DNA of 64,000 nucleotides from Vulcanimicrobiota bacterium (GTDB lineage Bacteria > Vulcanimicrobiota > Xenobia > Xenobiales > JADMJV01): contig JBFWNU010000001.1 in NCBI GenBank assembly GCA_050250895.1, positions 1,934,884-1,998,883 of the forward strand, written 5' to 3'. The notes below the pieces were generated by a model. That model searched no databases. It was not told the DNA's origin and was given only the letters and a program-made list of their open reading frames with translations. Positions 56,330 through 64,000 of this stretch are shown piece by piece. The first letter of the stretch is position 1, and each line of letters starts with the position of its first letter. The position numbers and the translations under genes are program-made.

Positions 56330-57349
56330 GTGTTAATCGTGGTGATGGAGCAGGAGGCTTCGGTTCGACAGATCGGAGCGGTCCTCAAGAAGATCGAAGA
56401 CCAGGGGTTGCAACCCCACCTTTCGAGAGGCGAGCAGTTTACCCAGATCGGCTGCCTCGACTCGCCCGACGAGAACGGCCTGGCCGAAGCCCTGGGCGGG
56501 CTCGACGGCGTGGCCCGCTCCTTTGTGAGCAAGGGCCCCTACAAACTGGCCAGTCGCGAGTTTCACCCCGAGTCGTCGGTGGTGCGGGTGGGCGGCTTGC
56601 CCATCGGAGGCAAGAAGCTAGCCCTGATCGCCGGGCCGTGCGCGGTCGAGTCGCACGAGCAACTCGCTCAGGTGGCTTCGCTGCTCAAAGAGATGAACGT
56701 GCCCTTCATGCGCGGGGGGGCTTTCAAGCCGCGGACTTCTCCTTATAGCTTCCAGGGTATGGGCAAGGAGGGACTCGAGTTGCTGGCCGAGGCGCGAGCC
56801 CGGTATGGCGTGCGCATCGTGACCGAATGCATCGCTCCGGGCGACGTGGCCCTGGTGGCCGAGTACGCCGACATGATTCAAGTCGGGGCCCGCAACATGC
56901 AGAACTTCGCGCTGTTGCAAGAGCTAGGGATGGCCCGCATTCCGGTGTTGCTCAAGCGTGGCATGATGAGTTCGCTCAACGAGTTCTTGCTGTCGGCGGA
57001 GTACATCCTGAGCAACGGCAACAACCAGGTGATGCTGTGCGAACGAGGCATCCGCACCTTCGAGACCATGACTCGCAACACCCTCGATATCGCCGCCGTG
57101 CCCATCCTCAAACGCTTGTCGCACCTGCCAGTCATCGTCGACCCTTCGCACGCCGCCGGCGACCGCGGATTGGTTCCGGCCCTGGCCATGGCCGGGGTGG
57201 CAGCCGGGGCTGACGGCCTCATTGTCGAGGTGCATCCGGTGCCCGAGAAATCGGTCTCGGACGCCGACCAGGCCATGAGTTTCGAGGGTTTTCAACAAAT
57301 GGTGGTGAGCTTGCGTGAAGTTGCCCGGGCCGTCGGGCGCGAATTTTAG
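56330..57349 (+). CDS. aroF: DAHP synthase type I-beta
   Basis: IAGPCAVES, KPRTSPYSFQG, GARNMQNF, CERGIRTFE, DPSH. Confidence 0.93.
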   Translation: MLIVVMEQEASVRQIGAVLKKIEDQGLQPHLSRGEQFTQIGCLDSPDENGLAEALGGLDGVARSFVSKGPYKLASREFHPESSVVRVGGLPIGGKKLALIAGPCAVESHEQLAQVASLLKEMNVPFMRGGAFKPRTSPYSFQGMGKEGLELLAEARARYGVRIVTECIAPGDVALVAEYADMIQVGARNMQNFALLQELGMARIPVLLKRGMMSSLNEFLLSAEYILSNGNNQVMLCERGIRTFETMTRNTLDIAAVPILKRLSHLPVIVDPSHAAGDRGLVPALAMAGVAAGADGLIVEVHPVPEKSVSDADQAMSFEGFQQMVVSLREVARAVGREF

Positions 57350-57417
57350 CATTCTTTCAGAGCGGTAGCGTATTAAACCACAGGGGACCCAAACACACAA
57401 AACAAGAGGGAACCGCA

Positions 57418-58353
57418 GTGGACGTTAAATTACAGAAATATAGTCCCGTCTTTTCCACGCCCGCCAGCTCGCGGCCCGACCCGCCCGAGCCCTACACCCA
57501 GGATATGCGCGAGATGGTGGAACGGGTCACCCGTGGCCCCAGCGGCCTGTCTGGCCCGATCTTTCCCCGGCTGAGCCCGCCGGGCTCCAACTCCAAGCCC
57601 CACCATGGGCATCACGCGCACGAGCATCACAAGCACGGGATGATGGCGGCCCACCTCAAGACCGAGGCGGCCGAGCTGATCGCTCATAAACTGGCCCACG
57701 CCGGAGCTGAAGTGGCCGAGGCGGCCACCAGCCAGGCGGCCGAGACGGTGGTTTCGCACCACCGCAACCTGCTCATGCCGCGCCTTCGCTTTCAACTATC
57801 ACGTCCCGAGACGGTGACGGATGTGCTCGAGACCACCGAGTCGAGCAAACTGGTCGAATCCGCGGCCCACGTCAGCCACGTGACCCACGGTTTGGCCGTG
57901 GCTCTGGGGGTGGGAGCGGCGGTTTCCGGCGCCATTACCGGCCCGATGATCTACATCGGGGTCAAGGAGATTCGCGAGGGTATGGCCGAGAAAGATCTCG
58001 ACAAGACCCTCGAGGGCATCGGCGGCGTGACCGTCGGAGTGCGCAGCGGCATGGCCGCGGCCACCCTGGCCAGCATGGCCTTCGGGGGACCGGAACTGGC
58101 GGCCGTGGCCGGAGTGACCTCGAAGTGCCTGGCTCCGCTGGGGATTCTCCACGGTAGCCTCGACATGGTGTTGGGAGCCCGTCACCTGGCTCGTGGTGAT
58201 TGGGTCAAAGGCGGTCTCGACCTGACCTTCGGGGGAGCGGTCATCGCCACCGCCGTCAGCGGCGACCTGTTGCCGCTGGCCGTGGCCGGGGCGGCCTTGA
58301 CGGGCAAGGTGGTCAACGGCGTCATCGAACGCCGCAAGCTCAGCGAGTCATAA
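57418..58353 (+). CDS. Hypothetical His-rich protein with Gly/Ala hydrophobic helices
   Basis: HHGHHAHEHHKH; RBS GAGGG. Confidence 0.7.
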   Translation: MDVKLQKYSPVFSTPASSRPDPPEPYTQDMREMVERVTRGPSGLSGPIFPRLSPPGSNSKPHHGHHAHEHHKHGMMAAHLKTEAAELIAHKLAHAGAEVAEAATSQAAETVVSHHRNLLMPRLRFQLSRPETVTDVLETTESSKLVESAAHVSHVTHGLAVALGVGAAVSGAITGPMIYIGVKEIREGMAEKDLDKTLEGIGGVTVGVRSGMAAATLASMAFGGPELAAVAGVTSKCLAPLGILHGSLDMVLGARHLARGDWVKGGLDLTFGGAVIATAVSGDLLPLAVAGAALTGKVVNGVIERRKLSES

Positions 58354-58813
58354 GGAAATCGGCCAGGGCCAGACCCACGCCGGCCCCGGTCAGTCCGCCG
58401 GCCGAGTAAGCCAGCACGTTGTGCAGGCCCGTGCCCAGTTGATAGCCACCATAGGCTCCCAAGCCCAGGCCCACGGCCGCGCCCAAGGAGGCGCCAGTAA
58501 TGATCAAAGCCGCCTCTTGCCAGCTGTCGCTCTTGGCGGCCAGGCGGGCGCCTAGATAGCCTCCGGCCAGGGCCAGGGCGGCGCCGGCCACCAGACCTCC
58601 GCTGATGGCCCCGGTGCGAGCCGCCGCCAGTCCGACGAAGCCGGCCGTGGTGCGTCCTACCAATACCGAGCCCAGTCCGGCGCCGGCCAGGGCCGCGCCT
58701 CCGCGAACAAAAAGGTCTTTTCCTGTCATCTGGGGTTGAACAGGTGGAAGTTGGTGCGCCCCCGCCCGCGGGGGTGCCGTCGGTCTGCTAACCCCTGCCG
58801 CTACAACTCTCAT
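58340..58813 (-). CDS. Glycine-zipper membrane protein
   Basis: GxxxG-rich helices. Confidence 0.6.
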   Translation of the reverse strand: MRVVAAGVSRPTAPPRAGAHQLPPVQPQMTGKDLFVRGGAALAGAGLGSVLVGRTTAGFVGLAAARTGAISGGLVAGAALALAGGYLGARLAAKSDSWQEAALIITGASLGAAVGLGLGAYGGYQLGTGLHNVLAYSAGGLTGAGVGLALADFLMTR

Positions 58814-58902
58814 CGCCCCACTCTAGCCTGGCGAGTTTAGGGGATTTTGAACAATTCGTTACCAAAAGGGTAATGGTCTCCAAGCCAGAGAAATGATGGA
58901 CG

Positions 58903-59256
58903 GTGGAATATCAAGAGCTGGTGCGAGATGAACTGGTGACCGATTTCGTCACCCATCAGTCACTCTACGTGATTCGCCTCGAGACGGGTGCTCGCATCGA
59001 GGTGACCCGCTGCTTCACTCGCCAGCCCCCCATCGAAGACGAACACAATTACGCCACCTTCATGTGGGTCAAGTCGCTGCAGGGTCTCTTCTTGCTGCGC
59101 CAGCAGTTCTACCAGGGTCGAGCCCTGGGCTGGCAGCTGGTGCGCGAGGTCACGCCAGTCGATGGCGGTTTGCATTTCTTTGAAGAGTTCGACGACCAGA
59201 TACTCGACTACATCACCTCACGCCAGCTCCACCGGCTCGACCCGCCGGTCGATTAG
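58903..59256 (+). CDS. Hypothetical protein
   Basis: 117-aa ORF with coding-like codon usage. Confidence 0.65.
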   Translation: MEYQELVRDELVTDFVTHQSLYVIRLETGARIEVTRCFTRQPPIEDEHNYATFMWVKSLQGLFLLRQQFYQGRALGWQLVREVTPVDGGLHFFEEFDDQILDYITSRQLHRLDPPVD

Positions 59257-62200
59257 CCGGCCACTTCGAGTTCGAAGTCACCCACTCGCACCCGCTCTTC
59301 GCCCACCTCGAGGTCGGCCGTGCTGCCTCGCTCAGAGAGTGAGGCTAACAGGGCCTGGGTGAGGTCTTGACTGGCCAGGAGATCGGCCTGAACAGCGTAG
59401 CGCAGCAGTTGGGCAAGCCCCAGGCGAGGGAAACGCCCGCTTGCCTGGACCTGCTGCACGGCCTGCAGGGTCGAGAAGGCTTTGGCGCCATCGCCCTGGT
59501 GAAGCTTGTGCAAGCCCTCATACGCTCGCACCAGGTCCTCGAAGCGGTTGGCCGGATCCCGACTCGACTCGAGCCGTTGCCAACTGGCCAGAGCCTTGGC
59601 CGGTTGAGCCTCGAGCTTGACCAGCCCTTCGAACAATCTCACCCGGGTGGCCTGGTCCTCGTCGCCCTGGGGCACGCGAATCTCTTTCCAGACGGCGTCG
59701 GCGGTGGCCGCGTCCGACAATTCCTGGCAACGGGCCAAGAGAGCGAAGGTCGAGTCGAGCTTGTCCGCATCGACCGTCTCTTCTTTCACCTGGGTCAGAA
59801 ACGGGGCTAGCTCCGGCCGGCCGGCAGACAGACGGGCCCGGTCGAAAATCGAGACCTGGCTGTCGCTCTGGTCGAGGGCCTCGAACTGCTTGCGGCCCTT
59901 CTCTTCGCCTAGCTTGTTGATCAGATAGCTCAGGGCCTCCACTCGCTCAGGCCCGGCCTGAGGTCCCAGGCTCGACCAGAGGTTGACGGCCTCCTCCAGG
60001 CTGGTCTTCTCGGCCATGGCGTCCAGCCGGGTCAAAAACCGGGTCGGGTCGGGGTTGTCGGGAGCATAGGCCAGTTCTAGTAGCTTCTGGCTGGCCCCAG
60101 CGCCGGGCAGGGTCGACAGCGTGGTGGGGTTGGCCACCTGGCGCCGCAGCACGATGTCGGTGCAGCGCAGGGAAGCGCTCAGATATTGGGCCGGAGTGAG
60201 CTTGAACCGCAATTTGATGACCTTATTGGCGTAATTGGCCAAAGAGACTGTTTCATCGACCGCCGTGTAGCCTTGATAGCTGCGAATGGCGTCCATCTTA
60301 TTGTAGTCGCCCGCTTCCAAGAAAAGATAGGCTCCCGTAGGCACGTCCGGGGTGAGCCTGAAGATGGCCTGGGCGTCGGGTGGAATGGAAAGGTAGTTGC
60401 TAGAATAGATGGTGTCTCGACCCTCGGTGGTACGATTGCTAAAGATTTCGTTGATGGAGACGGTCTGATCGGGGAAGGCCGTGCCCACCTCGACCCGCAG
60501 CTTGGACAGGTCGACGCTCTGGGGGTCGTCGGCCCTCAGACGAAGGCGGGCCTGCTTGCCCGGGGCGGTGACCGGGGCGTAGCCGTCCGAACGAGGGGTC
60601 AGCCGTTGCCAATCGCCGCCGTCAACCGAAGCCTCGAGCCAAACCTTGTCCGACCCGGTTAGGGCCACGGCCAGCTGTCCCTCGGAGGGCAGTGCGGTGG
60701 GCTTGCCGAGCTGCAACACGAGCCCTCGCTCCTGGTTGCCCCCGACGTTCAGGCCGTAGTATTTTTCGAAAAGGTGCTGCAGCTTCTGGACTCCCGCGCC
60801 CGAAAGGGGTTGCTCGAGCTGTTTGCGGTTGAGGGTGGCTATCTGGTCGAGGTCGAGCAGGTTGCGCAGCTGTCGGGAGAGAGGAGCCAGCGCCTCGAGG
60901 TCGGCCTGGCGCTCAGGGTGCTCAGCCAGGCCCTTGGCCAGCGCCTTGCCATGGCGGAAGCTGCCGGTGGCTTCGAGCCCGGTGGCCAGCGCCGCGAATT
61001 GATCGGGCTGCTGCTCGTAAGCCACGAAGGCCAGCCGGGCCTGATCGGAATCACTGGCCTGAATCAGGCGGGCCAGGCGTGGACCTGCCTCGGCCAACGG
61101 GGCCGAGCGGGCAGCCAGAAAGTCGTAGTCGGCCAGGGCTTGTGCGGACTGACCCTGATTCGCCTCGAGCAGCGCAGCCAGGGCGCAACGGCGGGCTTCG
61201 AGGGGCTGTTGAGAGCCGGGAATGTCCCGTCGGCACAGGTGCGAGGTCAGCTGTACGGCTGCCTCAGCAGTCCCGGCCAGGTGATAGAACCCGCAGGCCG
61301 TCTCTAGATCGGGACTGGCCTTGAGCCGGTTCCAGACCTGCTCGGCCTGCTCGCCCGCCTTGTTGGCCACTTCGGGATAGTAGCTCAATACTTCGGTCTT
61401 GCCTTCGCTCAGCAGCCGGGTGGCCAGGGCGGCGTCGCCGTCGAGCCGAGCGACCAGATCATTCCAGCTCTGGCGCAATTGGGGATGCGCTGTGAGGAGC
61501 TGGTTCGTCTGAGTATACGACCCCAGGTCCGCGTGCTGGGCGAGTAAGTCGCGGTCGCCGCCCCCGGCGAGTAGCTGATAGGCCCGTCCCAACTCGTCGA
61601 GCGGTCGATTTTTGGCTAACCAGTTCACCGTGTCCAGGTCGGGGCTGAGGTGGTTGGCCGTCAATTCGTCGACCAGCTGGATGGCCTGCTCAGGCTCGCA
61701 TTCCTTTAGCGCTTCCATCAGTTGGCCAAGCTTTTGGACCTGCTCTGGCTTTTGGTCGTAGCGCCCCACCATGGCGCTGGCCTGCTGGCTGGAAGCGCCT
61801 GAGGCGACGAGGTCGGCGAAGGCTTGGGTCTGGTTTTCACCCCACCTGTGAGCGCGCAGGCAGGCATACGCCTCGCGCACCTGGTCGCCGACCGCGCTCA
61901 GCCGCTCGAGGGGCGCGGCTGCCTGGGCCAGGCTTTCCTCGGGACGGCGACTGTCGATGACGGTGGCCAGCAGCTTGAGCGGCTCGGGATACTTTGGGTT
62001 GAAGCTATCGAGCAAAGCCAGGCCGGCCTCGAAGTCGGTCCGGTTGAGCAGTTGCCAGGTGGCCTGATCGGCGGCTTTGCCCAGGGTCTGATGCATGAGG
62101 TCGGCCCGCTCCCGAGCGGGGGCCAGTTGCTCGAGACCGGCGCTGGCCGCCAACTGAGTGTCGAGTTGCCCCAGGTCCAGCCCGCGATAGCGCACCGCCA

Positions 62201-62897
62201 CCTCGGCGTGTTGTTGGCGCCAAACCTTGAAAGGACTGGCCGGGAGTTCATATCCGTTCGCGCTCAGTTCGGTCAGTAGAGCGGCCCGCGGCGGGGCTTC
62301 GCCAAAGCCTTTGCTGAAGAAGGCAGCGGCCACCCAGGTGTCGGCGTGTTGGCTTTTGATGGTCTCGCCATCGACGACCATTTCCAGGGATTGGCCGGCT
62401 TTGAGGGACTGATAGGCTCGATAGCCCTCCTCGCCGGCCAGGCTCAGCAGGGCACCGGCTAACAGCGGCGAGTCGAGTTTGCTGGTGTCGTGGCCGCCAT
62501 AGAAGGCATCGAGTTCGGTCAAGGTCTCGGTCTGGGTGAGGTGCTGGCGACCGAGCTTGGGGTGGTCGAATTCGACGGCCTTGCCTTGCTCGAGTTCCTG
62601 GGCGACCTCGGCCGGGCTGGCCTGGACCCATTTCTCGCGACCCCAGAAACTGGTCGCCTGCCGCTGAAAGCCAAAGCCCGCTCGGGCCAGCCGCTCGGCG
62701 CTGCTTTCTGCCTCTTGAAGCGCCACCTGGCCGGCCAGGTGAAGCATGGGACCGGCCACCGCGGCTGCGGGCAGCCCCGACGGCAGGGCTGCTCGCCTCG
62801 ATAGGGCGACGCTGTCAGCCAAAGACGCGGCCGCGGCCGACCGGGCGGCCCGGGCAGGCCGCGAAGTAGGAGCATGGTTGAGACCCGAGATTTTCAC
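59253..62897 (-). CDS. Large hypothetical helical protein with central beta domains
   Basis: 1214-aa ORF; MKISG...DSVALS N-terminus. Confidence 0.8.
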   Translation of the reverse strand: MKISGLNHAPTSRPARAARSAAAASLADSVALSRRAALPSGLPAAAVAGPMLHLAGQVALQEAESSAERLARAGFGFQRQATSFWGREKWVQASPAEVAQELEQGKAVEFDHPKLGRQHLTQTETLTELDAFYGGHDTSKLDSPLLAGALLSLAGEEGYRAYQSLKAGQSLEMVVDGETIKSQHADTWVAAAFFSKGFGEAPPRAALLTELSANGYELPASPFKVWRQQHAEVAVRYRGLDLGQLDTQLAASAGLEQLAPARERADLMHQTLGKAADQATWQLLNRTDFEAGLALLDSFNPKYPEPLKLLATVIDSRRPEESLAQAAAPLERLSAVGDQVREAYACLRAHRWGENQTQAFADLVASGASSQQASAMVGRYDQKPEQVQKLGQLMEALKECEPEQAIQLVDELTANHLSPDLDTVNWLAKNRPLDELGRAYQLLAGGGDRDLLAQHADLGSYTQTNQLLTAHPQLRQSWNDLVARLDGDAALATRLLSEGKTEVLSYYPEVANKAGEQAEQVWNRLKASPDLETACGFYHLAGTAEAAVQLTSHLCRRDIPGSQQPLEARRCALAALLEANQGQSAQALADYDFLAARSAPLAEAGPRLARLIQASDSDQARLAFVAYEQQPDQFAALATGLEATGSFRHGKALAKGLAEHPERQADLEALAPLSRQLRNLLDLDQIATLNRKQLEQPLSGAGVQKLQHLFEKYYGLNVGGNQERGLVLQLGKPTALPSEGQLAVALTGSDKVWLEASVDGGDWQRLTPRSDGYAPVTAPGKQARLRLRADDPQSVDLSKLRVEVGTAFPDQTVSINEIFSNRTTEGRDTIYSSNYLSIPPDAQAIFRLTPDVPTGAYLFLEAGDYNKMDAIRSYQGYTAVDETVSLANYANKVIKLRFKLTPAQYLSASLRCTDIVLRRQVANPTTLSTLPGAGASQKLLELAYAPDNPDPTRFLTRLDAMAEKTSLEEAVNLWSSLGPQAGPERVEALSYLINKLGEEKGRKQFEALDQSDSQVSIFDRARLSAGRPELAPFLTQVKEETVDADKLDSTFALLARCQELSDAATADAVWKEIRVPQGDEDQATRVRLFEGLVKLEAQPAKALASWQRLESSRDPANRFEDLVRAYEGLHKLHQGDGAKAFSTLQAVQQVQASGRFPRLGLAQLLRYAVQADLLASQDLTQALLASLSERGSTADLEVGEERVRVGDFELEVAG

Positions 62898-63113
62898 ACC
62901 TTCAACTTAGGAGAAGATGCTCAAAACAGGCTGAAAGGCTTTGGAGAGTTGTTTGAAGGAGCGAGCGAGCCGGCAAAGATCTGGTAGCATTCCGGCAATA
63001 ATCTTTACACTTTTGCAACAACGGCTCCCCCGCAGAACGGCCGCCCCACGGTAACCTGTGAGCATACCTGCAAGCGTTGCGCCAATCCCCAGTCCCCTCG
63101 AGAGGAGTTCGTC

Positions 63114-63620
63114 ATGCCTGGTGTTAGACCGTCTGGACCTCAACCTGCCAAGGTGCGCCAAAAGAAGCAACTTGGAAAGACCGGTGGGGCTCGTCGCCGA
63201 CCCTCCAACCCACCCGACCAGCCGCGCCCTATCGGCAGTCAGGGAAAGCCCACTCCACCGAAGGCGGAAAAGCCCAGCGACTCGATTCAGAGTCTCGTGG
63301 ATCAGTTCAAGAAGCTCTATCCCCAGGCTCCCGAGACGCCACCGTCAACTCCGGGGAAGACGCCCCCCTCCGATCCTGAGGATGGTGCCCCGACTCCTCC
63401 CTCCGCTCCGCCCGAGAGCACTCCGCCCAACTTCAATGACCCGTTCAATCCACCCCAAATGTGGTGTCCGCCAGCCAACTGGACGCCGCCCAAGCCCGAA
63501 GACCCTTTCAAGATCGATCCTGAGATGCTCAAACGGATTCAAGAGAATCCTATCGATTGGAACGATTTCGACCCGCTCAAACCGCCCAAGGACCTGCCCC
63601 CGGGAACGTTGTGGTGTTAG
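63114..63620 (+). CDS. Proline-rich hypothetical protein
   Basis: RBS GAGGAG; Pro-rich low-complexity sequence. Confidence 0.55.
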   Translation: MPGVRPSGPQPAKVRQKKQLGKTGGARRRPSNPPDQPRPIGSQGKPTPPKAEKPSDSIQSLVDQFKKLYPQAPETPPSTPGKTPPSDPEDGAPTPPSAPPESTPPNFNDPFNPPQMWCPPANWTPPKPEDPFKIDPEMLKRIQENPIDWNDFDPLKPPKDLPPGTLWC

Positions 63621-64000
63621 CTTCCCAGCGATAAACGGGCTCGGACCACGAAGTCGCTGAGTTCGCGCCGAGTGGTAGGCTCCATGGGAAGCCGACTGTC
63701 TTCAAAGGCACAGGCCAGCGCTTCCTCCAGCTTGTCCATTACGTGGAAGTGGCTGCCCTTGTCCTGGGTGGAGAGAAGCCCTTTCTCTCCACCTTTGACT
63801 TTGCGCTCGATGAGTTCCTCGATGCCCTTGAGGGGTAGCCGGCCGAGCAAGCTGGGCAGATGGGCTTCGATCTCGCCGGTGTCGAGCACATGGACGCCGG
63901 TCAAGGCCACGCGATAGGCGTAGAGAAGATCTTTCACGGTGGCCCCCTCGAGTTCGAGCCGCTTGCGCTGGTTGTGAAAAAAGCCGCGATAGTGATAGTA
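63617..64000 (-). CDS. Predicted nucleotidyltransferase (pol-beta superfamily), C-terminal part
   Basis: HYRGF..Q...VKDLLYAYRVALTG..G; extends past right edge. Confidence 0.65.
   Translation of the reverse strand, partial: YYHYRGFFHNQRKRLELEGATVKDLLYAYRVALTGVHVLDTGEIEAHLPSLLGRLPLKGIEELIERKVKGGEKGLLSTQDKGSHFHVMDKLEEALACAFEDSRLPMEPTTRRELSDFVVRARLSLGS

Noticed and set aside
57350-57417. TTCA-N22 promoter motif before 57418 (also tested before 63114)
   Set aside because: No TAnnnT at the required distance for 57418; half-site too degenerate for 63114

Overview
High-GC bacterial chromosome window; many lineage-specific ORFs, tentatively Eremiobacterota/Vulcanimicrobiota-like (inference only). 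Main feature: a 17,955-bp element integrated in tRNA-Lys(UUU), with 86-bp att repeats at 14737-14822 and 32692-32777. It has a PICI/satellite-type core (integrase, repressor/cro switch, xis, DnaB, lambda-O-like initiator with iterons). Its only recognisable virion genes are a 1209-aa tape measure protein flanked by two paralogous tail-assembly-chaperone-like genes; no capsid, portal, terminase, tail tube or lysis gene is recognisable. Cargo: MTase-endonuclease fusion, AAA ATPase, HEPN protein, and a SWIM/ImmA operon under a second operator switch. A second candidate novel system lies at 48929-49187: a promoter and a Lys/Phe/Arg-rich leader peptide whose stop codon falls inside an atypical tRNA-Lys, followed by an atypical tRNA-Phe. 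Also present: a HipA kinase + HipS-HIRAN pair, a five-tRNA operon including tRNA-Arg(UCG), a REP-like array, a shared TTCA-N22-TAnnnT promoter motif before several orphan genes, and housekeeping genes (rdgB, hemL, pilC, coaD, trpF/B/A, aroF). All family calls are from motif recognition by eye; no database searches were run.
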